Assembly: GCA_963707865.1 (NCBI GenBank)
Contig: OY970175.1
Coordinates: forward strand, 300,352 to 364,351
Source: an uncultured bacterium
Lineage (GTDB): Bacteria > Patescibacteriota > Minisyncoccia > UBA6257 > 2-01-FULL-56-20
Direction of reading: 5' to 3'
DNA: 64,000 nucleotides
A program made the position numbers and the translations under genes. Every line of letters begins with the position of its first letter. The stretch's first letter is position 1. The notes beneath the pieces are model-generated. The model made no database searches. It was not told the origin of the DNA and was given only the letters and a program-made list of their open reading frames with translations. This document shows, in pieces, positions 9,227 to 19,251 of this stretch.

Positions 9227-9844
9227 ATGGCAGCGAAAGTCATTGCGGGAGCGTTTTTAATATTTTGCACCTTCACAGTTCTTACCGTGATAGGAAATTT
9301 TTTTACCTCCGGTGGTTTGGTGCGTGCGTATCAGTCCGGCAGCAGTGCAAACCAACTTACTTCAATTGATTTCAGCTTATTTGATAAAAACGGCACTGGC
9401 AGAAGTTATATTACGCAGGGATATGGCCATACGTCGTTTTCATATCAATACCCGGGCGGATGGCACAACGGCATTGATATCGCAGCCACCTATGGGGCGC
9501 CGATCTACTCCCCCAGCGAAGGGACGGTGCTCACAACCGGTAATCAGGATAACTACTGTCCGCGGCGCGGCTTTGGCAAATATGTGGCGCTAGACGATAC
9601 GGCAAATCACCTTGTACTCTGGTTTGCGCACCTCGGCACAATCTCCGTCTCGGCCGGTAGCATGATCAAAAAAGGTACTTTGATCGGCACCGTGGGCGCA
9701 ACCGGCTTTGAAACGGGCACCCACCTTCACTTCTCCGTTTTTGACGAGAATGGATTTTCCATGACCTCGCGCAACGGCTGCGGCCCGGATCCGACCGGTC
9801 ATGATCTCGATCCCCTTTCATATCTAGGAACTACCTACAAGTAG
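9227..9844 (+). CDS. M23-family metallopeptidase (short paralog)
   Basis: Signal peptide. GWHNGIDIAATYGAPIYSP ... TGNQDNYCPRRGFGKYVAL ... GTHLHFSVF. Shares the TGNQD.YCP block with the 6783..8084 protein. Confidence 0.85.
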   Translation: MAAKVIAGAFLIFCTFTVLTVIGNFFTSGGLVRAYQSGSSANQLTSIDFSLFDKNGTGRSYITQGYGHTSFSYQYPGGWHNGIDIAATYGAPIYSPSEGTVLTTGNQDNYCPRRGFGKYVALDDTANHLVLWFAHLGTISVSAGSMIKKGTLIGTVGATGFETGTHLHFSVFDENGFSMTSRNGCGPDPTGHDLDPLSYLGTTYK

Positions 9845-9858
9845 AGACAAACAAAATA

Positions 9859-11274
9859 ATGGCACACTTGTCGCAAAAGAAGGTTCACTTCATAGGCATC
9901 GGAGGTATCGGCATGAGTGCCTTGGCTCGCTATTTTCTGTCCGAAAAATGGGCTGTTTCGGGGTCGGATGCGGCAAGAAGCCAGATTACCAATTCCCTCG
10001 TAAAAGACGGCATAAACGTCAAAATTGGGCATAAAAAGGGCCATTTACCCCGCGGTGTAGGCCTTGTAGTCATAAATTTGGCGATACCAACAAACAATCC
10101 GGAGCTACGCGAAGCGCGGCGGCAAGGCATCCGGGTACTTACCTACCCGGAGGCAGTGGGTGAACTCACTGAGCAGTACAAGACGATCGCCATAGCCGGC
10201 GCGCATGGCAAGAGTACGACGACGGCGCTTGCGGCACTTACCCTCATGTGTGGCGGGCTGGATCCCACCGTCATTGTGGGAACGAACCTCAAAGAGTTCG
10301 GTGGCGGCAAAAACGGCCGCAACTTCCGCCGCGGGCGCGGCAAATATCTCGTCCTTGAGGCCGATGAGTTCGGGAACGCGTTCTCGCACTACTCCCCTTT
10401 CATGGCCATCATTACGAACATTGACCGCGAACACCTGGATACGCATAAGAATCTCGCCGGCATCAAAAAAGCGTTCCTCGGTTTTACGAAAAACATAGCG
10501 AGCAGCGGCACGCTCATTTTAAACCGCGACAATAAAAATCTGCTTTCGCTTCGTGCGGAAATTTCGGCGATTGAAAAAAGGAAGGGCGTGAAGGTAATTT
10601 GGTACTCGGTCCGCGGCGGCGGAAAGTCCCCACACGACAGAATGCCCATGAACAAGATTGCGAACAAAATCCGAAGCGTGATCAAAATCCCCGGCGAGCA
10701 CAATATCTCAAACGCGGCCGCCGTCTATGAACTCGGCCTAGCACTCAAAATCCCCGAAAAAAAGATCCTCGCGGCGATCAGTGCGTATCGCGGCGCCTGG
10801 CGCCGGATGGAATATCGCGGCCAATTCAAGGACGTCAGCGGCAAAGACGCCCGGCGCGGCGCGCCCGTCTATGACGATTATGCCCATCACCCGACGGAGA
10901 TCAAAGCGACCCTCCAAGCGTTCCATGAGAAATATCCGCAAAAGAAGACTCTCTGTATTTTCCAACCCCATCAGGCAAAACGCTTGGCCGCGCTCTTTAA
11001 GGAATTTATGACCTGCTTCGCCGACGCGGACAAAACTCTTCTCCTCCCTATTTATAAGGTGGCCGGCCGCGATCAAAGGCCTAGCCGCTTTGATTCGGCG
11101 GCTCTCGCCCGCGCAATTCAAAAACGCGAACCGCAAAAACCATTTTTCTATCTCGCGAACCCGCGCAATTTGAAAAAGGCAATCCGCACGCTTGCCACTC
11201 CCCTCTCCCAATACGTCATCATCATGATGGGCGCGGGCGACATTGTGAACCTTACCGATTCCCTGTTATCATAG
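9859..11274 (+). CDS. murC: UDP-N-acetylmuramate--L-alanine ligase
   Basis: HFIGIGGIGMSALA N-terminal Rossmann motif. IAIAGAHGKSTTTA P-loop of Mur ligases. 471 aa. Confidence 0.9.
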   Translation: MAHLSQKKVHFIGIGGIGMSALARYFLSEKWAVSGSDAARSQITNSLVKDGINVKIGHKKGHLPRGVGLVVINLAIPTNNPELREARRQGIRVLTYPEAVGELTEQYKTIAIAGAHGKSTTTALAALTLMCGGLDPTVIVGTNLKEFGGGKNGRNFRRGRGKYLVLEADEFGNAFSHYSPFMAIITNIDREHLDTHKNLAGIKKAFLGFTKNIASSGTLILNRDNKNLLSLRAEISAIEKRKGVKVIWYSVRGGGKSPHDRMPMNKIANKIRSVIKIPGEHNISNAAAVYELGLALKIPEKKILAAISAYRGAWRRMEYRGQFKDVSGKDARRGAPVYDDYAHHPTEIKATLQAFHEKYPQKKTLCIFQPHQAKRLAALFKEFMTCFADADKTLLLPIYKVAGRDQRPSRFDSAALARAIQKREPQKPFFYLANPRNLKKAIRTLATPLSQYVIIMMGAGDIVNLTDSLLS

Positions 11275-11278
11275 TGCC

Positions 11279-12061
11279 ATGTTCGGCGATTATAAGGACG
11301 CGACCGATTTCAAGGAAAAATCCGGCTACACGATTGACGGTGTTTGGTATCCGCGCGTGACAAAGATCGTGACGATTAAATCCAAGCCCGCGCTTTATCG
11401 CTATTACGGCGAGGCCGCGAGCTACAAAGCGGCGCAGGATATTACTGAACAGTCGGCAAAAGAAGGAACAATGATCCACGAAGCAGTAGAGGGGTTATTA
11501 CTTGGCAAAAATCCGGAGATCCCAGCCGAGATTGCACCTGCGGTGAAATCGTTCCAGGAATTCTCCGCCGCAAACAATATAGAGGTGTCTCCCGAGCTTG
11601 TGGAACGCCGCATCGTAAACTACGACCATCGCTACGCAGGCACGGTGGATGCAATCGCCTTGATCGGCGGACGGCTTGGCGTTCTGGACATTAAGACCTC
11701 GCAGGCCATTTATCGCGATTATAGTTTGCAAACCTCGGCATACATGGACGCCCTAAAGACACAGTTCAGAAATCTGCAGACGCGGTGGATCCTGCGCATT
11801 GACCAGATCCAAAAGTGCATGCGGTGCGGCGCGGTGCGGCGCGTAAAGGGCGGCCGCGAAAAAGTGCGCGTTGATTGGAAAAACGGCAACGCTCACGCAG
11901 CAGCCATGAGGGCCTGCGAGCACGATTGGGGTCCGCTTATGGGCGAAATAGAGCTCAAGGAATTTCCTTATTGGCAGAACGACTTTGAGGCGTTCCTTGG
12001 CGCCAAAAAACTTTGGGAGTGGGAAAACGACGGGTGGCTTAAGAGGGTTGGCTATCTATGA
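11279..12061 (+). CDS. PD-(D/E)XK nuclease, RecB/Cas4-like family
   Basis: Motifs in order: EGTMIHEAVE (motif I), GTVDAI (D), LDIKTS (D/E-x-K), QTSAY (QxxxY). C-terminal Cys cluster CMRC...CEH. Confidence 0.6.
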   Translation: MFGDYKDATDFKEKSGYTIDGVWYPRVTKIVTIKSKPALYRYYGEAASYKAAQDITEQSAKEGTMIHEAVEGLLLGKNPEIPAEIAPAVKSFQEFSAANNIEVSPELVERRIVNYDHRYAGTVDAIALIGGRLGVLDIKTSQAIYRDYSLQTSAYMDALKTQFRNLQTRWILRIDQIQKCMRCGAVRRVKGGREKVRVDWKNGNAHAAAMRACEHDWGPLMGEIELKEFPYWQNDFEAFLGAKKLWEWENDGWLKRVGYL

Positions 12062-12813
12062 TCGAGCCGGGACCGACAATAAAATTGATAACGCTTAACG
12101 TTGAAATGAATCGTCACTGGGATCGCATTGTTCCTTTTCTTGAGCGCGAATCACCGGACGTATTGTGCCTGCAGGAACTTTTTGATCGGGACATAAAAAT
12201 GCTTGCCAATCGCTTCGGATACCAGTACGTATATATCCCCACAACCAAAATAGCATACGACACAGGAACTGCCGTCCTTACCCGGCTACCACTAAAAGAT
12301 GTAAACAGTGCCTATTACTACAAGCCGGCGCCGGAAATCCAAACGTTCCGAGGTGCCACATTGGTTGAACTGCGAGCAACCGTCCACGAAGGAATCGTAT
12401 GGGGCGCAATTGAGAAGGACGGAGCGCGGTTCACCGTTGCCTCCACCCATTTCACATGGACGCCGGATGGCAAACCGAACGAAAACCAAGATCGCGATAT
12501 TGTATCGCTATTCAAAATCCTAGATGGCATTCCTGCACTAATCCTGTGTGGCGATCTCAATGCCCCCCGCGGAGACAACCGGATTTACCGCTCACTTATC
12601 GAGCGGTTCAAAGATAATATTCCGGCCGATATTGAAACCACCCTTGATATGGATTTGCGCAAAGAAACGGATCCCGTTGAACGTGCGCGGCTTAGGACGT
12701 ACGTCGTTGATTACATTTTTTCAACGCCCGAATATGCCGTAAGTGATGTCCGGCGCGTATGCGGCTTGAGCGATCATTGCGCTATCGTCGCAAATGTATC
12801 CCGCCAGGCGTGA
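12058..12813 (+). CDS. endonuclease/exonuclease/phosphatase (EEP) family protein
   Basis: ITLNVEMN...PDVLCLQEL N-terminal EEP motif and C-terminal SDHCAIV motif. The start overlaps the upstream stop (ATGA). Confidence 0.7.
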   Translation: MIEPGPTIKLITLNVEMNRHWDRIVPFLERESPDVLCLQELFDRDIKMLANRFGYQYVYIPTTKIAYDTGTAVLTRLPLKDVNSAYYYKPAPEIQTFRGATLVELRATVHEGIVWGAIEKDGARFTVASTHFTWTPDGKPNENQDRDIVSLFKILDGIPALILCGDLNAPRGDNRIYRSLIERFKDNIPADIETTLDMDLRKETDPVERARLRTYVVDYIFSTPEYAVSDVRRVCGLSDHCAIVANVSRQA

Positions 12814-12821
12814 GCGACGCG

Positions 12822-14630
12822 TTATCCCCTCCCGGCCCTCTTTTTATCGCTCTCCGTCAGATATTGTTTCCGGATGCGGACGCTCTGAGGTGTAACCTCC
12901 ACGAGTTCGTCGTCGCCAATATAGTCCAGCGAGTCCTCAAGCGAAAGTGAGAGCGGCGTTTCAAGTTGGTCGGCAAGGCCTTCGTTCTTCGCACGGAAAT
13001 TTGTAAGCTGCCTTTCACGGGCAACGTGTACCATCACGTCGCCGTCCTTCGCGTTCTCGCCGACAACCATACCTTCGTAGACCTCTATACCTGGGCCGAT
13101 AAAAAGCGTTCCCCTCCCCTGCGCGGTCACGAGACCGTAGTTGTTTGATTTGCCCACCTGCGTGGCCACAATGGAACCGTGCGGGATGGCGGTAATGTCG
13201 CCCTTATATGGCTCATAACCAAGAAAGATGCTGTTCATAATGCCCGTGCCTTTTGTGGCCGTGAGGAACCGGTTGCGGATGCCGATGAGCCCGCGCGTGG
13301 GAATTTCAAAATCCATAAATGAGTTCTTTTTATCGTCCATCCGCATGTTCTTCATCACCCCGAGGCGCTTTCCCATCATTTCAATCACAACGCCGGAATA
13401 TTGTTCGGGCACTTCGATGGAGACAAGTTCCATTGGTTCCAGTTTTTTACCATCTTTTTCTTTGAAAATAACCTGTGGTTTTGAAACTTCCAGTTCAAAT
13501 CCTTCACGGCGCATTTTCTCAATAAGGATGGCGAGGTGCAGTTCGCCGCGGCCCGCGACGATCCAGCGGTCGGCGGCTTCGGTTGGCTTCACGGAAAGCG
13601 CCACGTCAGTTTCAAGCTCGTGTTCCAACCGCTCTTTTATGTTCCGTGAGGTCGTTAATTTCCCCTCTCTGCCGCGGAAAGGCGATGTATTCACGCTGAA
13701 CGTCATCTTGATCGTCGGTTCGTCAATCAGAATAGTAGGGAGTGGCATTGGGTGTTCGGGATCGGTGATCGTCTCACCGATCGTGATGTCAGGAATACCG
13801 GCAATCGCCACAATGTCCCCTGCTTCTGCCTGATTCACATCCACGCGGCCCAATCCGTCAAACAACATCACGGACGTGAGTTCTTCTTTTTTTATCTCGC
13901 CCGAACGGGTGACGCGCGCCACAGTCATTGCTTTTTTAAGGATGCCTGAATACAAACGCCCGATGGCGATCTTCCCTTTATAATTGTCATACGCAAGATT
14001 CACGGTGAGCATCTGTAAAATATCGGTCTCGCTTTTTTTGGGCGCTGGAATGTGTTTCACGATCGTTTCAAAGATCGGCTCAATATTTTTCATCTCCCTC
14101 AAATTTTTTGCGAGGCCCGCTTTCCCTTCACGCGCGGCGGCGTAGATCACGGGGAATTCAATCTGCTCTTCCGTGGCGTCCAGCTCAAAAAAGAGGTCGT
14201 AGGTGGCATTGAGCGCCCACTCCGGCCGCGCATCCGGCTTATCAATTTTATTTATGACGACTACTATTTTGTGCCCCGCTTGGATCGCTTTCCTCAAAAC
14301 GAACTTCGTCTGGGGCATCGGACCTTCTTTCGCGTCCACAAGGAGCAACACGCCGTCCACCATACGCATGATGCGCTCCACCTCGCCGCCGAAGTCCGCA
14401 TGGCCCGGCGTATCCACGATATTGATCTTTATGCCCTTGTACATCACCGCCGCGTTCTTGGAAAAGATGGTGATCCCCCGCTCCCGTTCCAGTTCGTTCG
14501 TATCCATGATGAGCGTCGTTTCCGCGCCGCTCTTCAACTTAAAGTTCGTCGACTGCTTCAAGAGCGCGTCAACGAGCGTCGTCTTCCCGTGATCCACATG
14601 GGCGATAATGGCAATATTTCGCAGCTCCAT
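12822..14630 (-). CDS. typA: translational GTPase TypA/BipA
   Basis: [21 protein letters not shown]1 motif and DTPGHADF G3 motif. 602 aa with EF-G-like domain architecture. Confidence 0.92.
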   Translation of the reverse strand: MELRNIAIIAHVDHGKTTLVDALLKQSTNFKLKSGAETTLIMDTNELERERGITIFSKNAAVMYKGIKINIVDTPGHADFGGEVERIMRMVDGVLLLVDAKEGPMPQTKFVLRKAIQAGHKIVVVINKIDKPDARPEWALNATYDLFFELDATEEQIEFPVIYAAAREGKAGLAKNLREMKNIEPIFETIVKHIPAPKKSETDILQMLTVNLAYDNYKGKIAIGRLYSGILKKAMTVARVTRSGEIKKEELTSVMLFDGLGRVDVNQAEAGDIVAIAGIPDITIGETITDPEHPMPLPTILIDEPTIKMTFSVNTSPFRGREGKLTTSRNIKERLEHELETDVALSVKPTEAADRWIVAGRGELHLAILIEKMRREGFELEVSKPQVIFKEKDGKKLEPMELVSIEVPEQYSGVVIEMMGKRLGVMKNMRMDDKKNSFMDFEIPTRGLIGIRNRFLTATKGTGIMNSIFLGYEPYKGDITAIPHGSIVATQVGKSNNYGLVTAQGRGTLFIGPGIEVYEGMVVGENAKDGDVMVHVARERQLTNFRAKNEGLADQLETPLSLSLEDSLDYIGDDELVEVTPQSVRIRKQYLTESDKKRAGRG

Positions 14631-14765
14631 GACGACTTATTATAGACGCTTTCTATATTTTTAGAAAGGTTGTATAATATGGGTAGCCTTTTGAGATATT
14701 CTCCATACGCTCCTTGATAGCCGAATTTGTTTTGTTTTCAAAGGCCGTCAAATTGCATAAATCTC

Positions 14766-15659
14766 ATGAAAAAATTATTTATTACTTTATTTTTTGTGGT
14801 TGCAATCGCGAGCTTTGGAGGAATACTGGGTCCATTTACCGCACGTGCCGATAATACGCTCACGCCAGCGCAGGCAGCCGTAATGCAACAAGCGCTTAAT
14901 ACGATGAAGGCGGAGCTGCGCGAGCTCCAAGCCCAGGCCGCGGCGCAAACGGGCGCACCGACGCTGGCGCCGACCCCTGCCGTCCTTGGATCTTCGCTTA
15001 CGCCGGAAAACGCTGCATCGCTTGCAAACGTGCTTTCCCTGCTCACCACGGCGCTCACGGGCCTTCAATCAAGCCTGGCGAGAAATCCACAAATCATCGC
15101 AGGCCATGAAGGGGCCATCCTATCCACGCTGAAAGGTGTGGGTACCACGCTCGCAATGATTGGGGCAACACTCGCAGGGAACCCAAGCGCCGCTCCACTC
15201 GCGGTTTCGTCACCATCCGCCGTAACTGCCGCGCCTGTTCCGCAGGCGCAGGTGCAGGCGCCCACTCCCACACCGGAAACCCCCACACAAGTGATGCCGC
15301 AAACATCGGGGGCCACGAATCCCGAAAACACACTGCCGCAGATCGCACAGGTGGGAACGACCTGGTCGCTCTGGAACTTAAACTGGCCGCTCATCGGTGT
15401 GATCGCACTTGTGGTCATCGCAGTGCTTACATGGCTTTTCTGGCCAGGCGGTGAGAACGAAGAGGTAGAAGTGAAAGAGAGAAGCTCGCCTTTCCCCGCA
15501 CCTACCGTTACGCTTACGAGCATCGCAAAGCCAGTGGGGTCACCGTCGGCGCCAATCGCAACTAGTGCCGTAGCGACACCCCTCGGCGTACCTGCCGGAA
15601 GATCACCCCAACCCCCGCAACCCTCGCAACAGCCGCATCAGCAAAGGAAACCCGCATAA
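14766..15659 (+). CDS. hypothetical secreted Ala/Pro-rich protein with C-proximal TM helix
   Basis: ORF 14727..15659; the likely start is MKKLFITLFFVVAIASFG at 14766. Coiled-coil A/Q-rich region. TM helix IGVIALVVIAVLTWLF. Pro-rich tail. Confidence 0.5.
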   Translation: MKKLFITLFFVVAIASFGGILGPFTARADNTLTPAQAAVMQQALNTMKAELRELQAQAAAQTGAPTLAPTPAVLGSSLTPENAASLANVLSLLTTALTGLQSSLARNPQIIAGHEGAILSTLKGVGTTLAMIGATLAGNPSAAPLAVSSPSAVTAAPVPQAQVQAPTPTPETPTQVMPQTSGATNPENTLPQIAQVGTTWSLWNLNWPLIGVIALVVIAVLTWLFWPGGENEEVEVKERSSPFPAPTVTLTSIAKPVGSPSAPIATSAVATPLGVPAGRSPQPPQPSQQPHQQRKPA

Positions 15660-15677
15660 CGCGGGTTTTCCTTTTGG

Positions 15678-15756
15678 TAAATTTCTAATTTCTAATGTCA
15701 AATTTCTAATGACCAATCGGACGTTCAGCAAGTTGGACATTCGACATTAGAATTTT
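15678..15756. repeat. AATTTCTAATG-family inverted-repeat hairpin element (copy A)
   Basis: ttctaatgtc...tgaccaa-[16 nt]-ttggaca...gacattagaa forms an imperfect palindrome. It contains the 23-mer AATTTCTAATGTCAAATTTCTAA, which recurs inverted at 16157. Confidence 0.6.
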
Positions 15757-15783
15757 TTAATCTTTATATGCTATTTTGTCTGA

Positions 15784-16146
15784 ATGGCAAAGAAAAGAAT
15801 TTATGACCTTGAGGAACGGACGGCGAAATTCGGGGAAGCGATTATACGCCTCGTTCTTCGGATAACAAAAACAACCGTGAACGACGTTGTTGTGGTGCAA
15901 TTGGCGCGTGCCGGAACAAGCATCGGCGCTAATTACTGCGAAGCCGACGATGCGGAATCCAGAAAAGATTTTCGGCATAAAATCGGCATTTGCAAAAAAG
16001 AGGCGCGAGAAGCCGCCTACTGGCTTCGCATGACGACGATCATCCATCCAACGATTAAAAACGAGGCTGACGCACTTCGGCAAGAAGCGAAAGAATTAAA
16101 CCTCATTTTCAACGCAATTCGGAAAAAAATGGGAATTCACCATTAG
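15784..16146 (+). CDS. four-helix-bundle protein (23S rRNA intervening-sequence protein family)
   Basis: 120 aa. FGEAIIRLV...LARAGTSIGANYCEA...KEAREAAYWLRM matches the TIGR02436-type four-helix-bundle family by eye. Confidence 0.7.
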   Translation: MAKKRIYDLEERTAKFGEAIIRLVLRITKTTVNDVVVVQLARAGTSIGANYCEADDAESRKDFRHKIGICKKEAREAAYWLRMTTIIHPTIKNEADALRQEAKELNLIFNAIRKKMGIHH

Positions 16147-16156
16147 TCACCGGCTG

Positions 16157-16179
16157 TTAGAAATTTGACATTAGAAATT
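16157..16179. repeat. AATTTCTAATG-family element (copy B), exact inverted 23-mer of copy A
   Basis: TTAGAAATTTGACATTAGAAATT is the reverse complement of AATTTCTAATGTCAAATTTCTAA at 15686..15708. The two copies bracket the four-helix-bundle gene. Confidence 0.65.
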
Positions 16180-16344
16180 ATGACGTTCTTCTCACACTAC
16201 AAAAAAGAACTTCTCCTTGGGGCCATTATTTTCTTAGTGTCGTCTTTGAGTTTCGGTCTCGGCTATCTTGCAAACCGCGAATTCAACCATGTTCCCATCA
16301 TCATTGAGAATTGCAGAAATACGGGAACAAGCATCCCTTAACCC
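16180..16344 (+). CDS. possible small membrane protein (54 aa)
   Basis: ATG at 16180 gives MTFFSHYKKELLLGAIIFLVSSLSFGLGYLANREF... with one TM helix. It is below the ORF-track size cutoff. Weak. Confidence 0.25.
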
Positions 16345-16404
16345 GGCCATTAGCCAGGCATTCGGCATTAGGCATTAGAAATTCAACATTAGAAATTAGA
16401 AACT
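16341..16404. repeat. AATTTCTAATG-family element (copy C), tandem CATTAG(G/A) units
   Basis: ccattagccaggcattcggcattaggcattagaaattcaacattagaaattagaaac, at the 3' end of the minus-strand exonuclease gene. Confidence 0.55.
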
Positions 16405-17133
16405 TAAACATTGTTCCCACTTTGTGTAGAGTTCGCGGGTCGCGCGGAGATCCCCCACATTATACCGCGCAATATCCAAAAACTTTTTCTTTTTGAAAAG
16501 CGGCCCTACGTCGTCGCCCGTCACACCTCCGGACTTCGGACTCGGAATGCCGAACGCACGCGACCACAAATGCAAACTCCCCTTTCGCCGCGTCGCGCCA
16601 TAGAATGAAAGCTGTTCCGCAAGGTCAATATGCAACGCCTCGGGATTATTTTGGTAGAGATATCGCCCGCGCATGAGGTCCTTCGTCGGTTTCACCCCCT
16701 TGATCGCGGAACGGATCATCAAAAACGGCACGTCAAACGCGCGGCCGTTGAACGTAATGAACACTTGGTAACGCGTGGCGAGTTCCCAGAACTTCCGGAG
16801 CATTTCCTCTTCCTCCATCTGCTTGAACGAGATGCCGCCTTCTTTTATCTCCTCGTTGCGCTCGCCCGGCGCCTGATAATACACCCCACCTTCGTTCTTG
16901 TGATAATCCAAAACGCCGATCGCGACGATCTCTCCCGTCAAGGGCGAAAATCCGAGGCCATTCTTCAGCTCCGTGAGCGCGCGTTTATATTCTTCCTCGT
17001 TTTCGGAATCCTTTTTGATCCAATGGGTAAGATTTTCCTGCGTCGCGCGGTCAAGCTTTTCAAACTCCTCCCCTATCGTTTCTATGTCCAGAATCAATTT
17101 GTTCGTTGACGCCATGGTTGACTTTGTTTTCAT
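16396..17133 (-). CDS. DEDDy 3'-5' exonuclease, RNase H-like (PolB-exonuclease-like)
   Basis: Exo I LILDIETIG. Exo II FNGRAFDVPFL. Exo III YNVGDLRATRELY. 245 aa. Confidence 0.7.
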   Translation of the reverse strand: MKTKSTMASTNKLILDIETIGEEFEKLDRATQENLTHWIKKDSENEEEYKRALTELKNGLGFSPLTGEIVAIGVLDYHKNEGGVYYQAPGERNEEIKEGGISFKQMEEEEMLRKFWELATRYQVFITFNGRAFDVPFLMIRSAIKGVKPTKDLMRGRYLYQNNPEALHIDLAEQLSFYGATRRKGSLHLWSRAFGIPSPKSGGVTGDDVGPLFKKKKFLDIARYNVGDLRATRELYTKWEQCLSF

Positions 17134-17156
17134 TCTAACATAGAATAGAAACCACT

Positions 17157-17429
17157 ATGGCACATACGAAAGCCCTCGGTTCAACCAAATTGGGACGCGA
17201 TTCTGTCGCGAAGCGGCTCGGCGTGAAGATCAACAATGGTCAAAAAGCGGCGGTTGGGCAGATTATCGTCCGCCAGCGCGGCACGAAATACGTGCCGGGC
17301 GTGAATGTCATTCGTGCGGAGGACGACACGCTCTACGCCGCGAAGAACGGCGTCGTAAAATTCCTTACGAAGATGAAAACAAACTTCGACGGCTCACGGA
17401 AAAAAGCGACATTCGTCGCAGTGCAGTAG
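17157..17429 (+). CDS. rpmA: 50S ribosomal protein L27
   Basis: [24 protein letters not shown]...[16 protein letters not shown] matches the L27 consensus. Confidence 0.92.
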   Translation: MAHTKALGSTKLGRDSVAKRLGVKINNGQKAAVGQIIVRQRGTKYVPGVNVIRAEDDTLYAAKNGVVKFLTKMKTNFDGSRKKATFVAVQ

Positions 17430-17469
17430 CGGCGCAATAGCTGCCGCAGCGTGACGAGAGACGGCCCGC

Positions 17470-17922
17470 TTAACGCGTGGCCTTTTTTACCACTATTGTC
17501 ATGTTCGCCGTGATGCCTTTTTTGAAATCGATCGTGATCGCATACTCCCCTGCTTCTTTGAGTGGGTGCGCGAGATCAATGTCCACGCGTTCCGTGGTGA
17601 TCAACCCGTGTTCGCGGAGCGCCCTGAGAATGGATTCTTTGTTGACGGAGCCGAAGATGGCGCCTGATTTGTCGGCGGCAAGTTCAAATTCCAATTTCGT
17701 ATCCGCAATCTTCCGTGCGATTTCCGCACGATGCGCGCGGAGCTCGCGGTCATTTTTCTCATATGCCGCCTTTTGCGCCTCAAGTTTTTTGAGCGCGGCG
17801 GGCGTGGCCGGCTCGGCAAGTTTATTCACGAAAAGAAAATTTCGGGCGTAGCCGCCACTCACTTCCTTCACTTCGTATTTTTTGCCGACACTGCGGACAT
17901 CTTCAAGAAGGATCACTTTCAT
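17470..17922 (-). CDS. rplI: 50S ribosomal protein L9
   Basis: [30 protein letters not shown] matches the L9 N-terminal domain. 150 aa. Confidence 0.9.
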   Translation of the reverse strand: MKVILLEDVRSVGKKYEVKEVSGGYARNFLFVNKLAEPATPAALKKLEAQKAAYEKNDRELRAHRAEIARKIADTKLEFELAADKSGAIFGSVNKESILRALREHGLITTERVDIDLAHPLKEAGEYAITIDFKKGITANMTIVVKKATR

Positions 17923-18000
17923 AATTTTTAATTTCTAAATCTAATTTCTAATGTCCAAGGGCTATTGGTCATTCGTCATAAGAAATTAGTCATTAGAAAT
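17921..18000. repeat. AATTTCTAATG-family inverted-repeat hairpin element (copy D)
   Basis: aatttctaatgtccaa-gggcta-ttggtcattcgtcataagaaattagtcattagaaatt lies between the ctpA stop and the rplI start. Same arm sequence as copies A-C. Confidence 0.6.
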
Positions 18001-19251
18001 TTCATTCTGCAGTACCTGTATCGCTTTATCAAGCTGGGGATCGCGGCCGTTCGCGATGTCGTCGTCGGAACGCGCTACGGCGTAATCCGGCGCGATGCCC
18101 TCGTGGTCAATGATCTTTCCCAAAGGCAGCACCCAGTGGGCCACCGTGAGCTTGATCGCAGAGCCATCCGAGAGCGACTCAAGTTCCTGCACGGTTCCCT
18201 TCCCGAAGCTCGTTTCCCCCACGAGCGGCACGTGCCGATCGTCGTGAAGCGCACCTGCAAGGATCTCCGCCGCGGATGCCGAGCCGCCATTCACAAGCAC
18301 GGCGATCGGGAAATTTGAGAGGATACCTTCGCCCTGCGCCGTGTAATCCTGCTCCGGCACCGCGCGGCCTACTTCTTTCACCACGAGCGAACCGGGCTTC
18401 AGGAAATATCCCGCGATGTCAACCGCAACCTCAAGATACCCACCGGGGTCGTCGCGGAGGTCAAGTACGATCCCCTTTGCATTCTTGGCAAGCGCTTTGA
18501 CGAGTGCTTGGTAAAAAAGGAAATTGGCGTCCTCAGTGAACTCGCTTAACGTGATGTGCGCGATATTGCCTTTCATTTCAAATTCCACGTTCGGAACTTG
18601 GATGTTCGTCCGCGTTATCTTGAAATCTTTCGGCGCGCTCCAACCGGTACGCAGTATGCTCAAGGTGACGACGGTTCCTTCCGGTCCGCGGATCAAGTTC
18701 ACTGCATCATCCACCGTCATGCCGCTCGTGGATGTCGCGTCAACGGCAACGATCCAATCCTTCGGTTTCAGCCCCGTCTTCTCCGCCGGCGTACCCTTGA
18801 GCGGCGCCACCACCACGATGTGGCCGTCAGCGTCCGTGCCGAGCTGCGCGCCGATGCCCCCAAAGTCGCCCGTGATGTTTTCCTGGAATTGCTGGTTGCT
18901 TTGTGGCGTGAAAAATTCCGAATACGGATCGTTCAGCGAATTCACGAGGCCGTTCACCGCGCCGTACAGTTTATCCTCGTTGGTCGTGCTTCCGTTGCGG
19001 AGATAGTTATCGTTGATAGTCTGCCACGCCTGCCAGAACAAGCTGAAGTCGGCAGCGCTCATGCCCGTGGATGACGGCGGCGCAAGATCGGTCGCGCCGG
19101 TCACGACGACGACCGGCTGTGGATTTTTTTTCTCTGCATTCCAGCCGAGGAAAAAACCGCTCCCAAGGAGCGCAAGACCCACGATAGCGGCAATCCCTAT
19201 TTCCAATATTTTTTTGCCGACGCGAGAACCCATCTCAAAAGTATATCTCAT
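17986..19251 (-). CDS. ctpA: carboxyl-terminal processing protease (S41 family)
   Basis: PDZ region followed by the S41 catalytic region. LVNGGSASAAEILAGAL and GETSFGKGTVQ motifs. N-terminal TM anchor. Confidence 0.88.
   Translation of the reverse strand: MRYTFEMGSRVGKKILEIGIAAIVGLALLGSGFFLGWNAEKKNPQPVVVVTGATDLAPPSSTGMSAADFSLFWQAWQTINDNYLRNGSTTNEDKLYGAVNGLVNSLNDPYSEFFTPQSNQQFQENITGDFGGIGAQLGTDADGHIVVVAPLKGTPAEKTGLKPKDWIVAVDATSTSGMTVDDAVNLIRGPEGTVVTLSILRTGWSAPKDFKITRTNIQVPNVEFEMKGNIAHITLSEFTEDANFLFYQALVKALAKNAKGIVLDLRDDPGGYLEVAVDIAGYFLKPGSLVVKEVGRAVPEQDYTAQGEGILSNFPIAVLVNGGSASAAEILAGALHDDRHVPLVGETSFGKGTVQELESLSDGSAIKLTVAHWVLPLGKIIDHEGIAPDYAVARSDDDIANGRDPQLDKAIQVLQNEISND

Noticed and set aside
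13228-14645. Plus-strand ORFs 13228..13833, 14052..14645 and 14203..14592
   Set aside because: Embedded antisense within typA, whose identity is unambiguous.
15678-18000. Possible CRISPR array suggested by recurring TTTCTAATG units
   Set aside because: Copies are irregularly spaced, in both orientations, and form hairpins with each other. There is no repeat-spacer periodicity and no cas genes.
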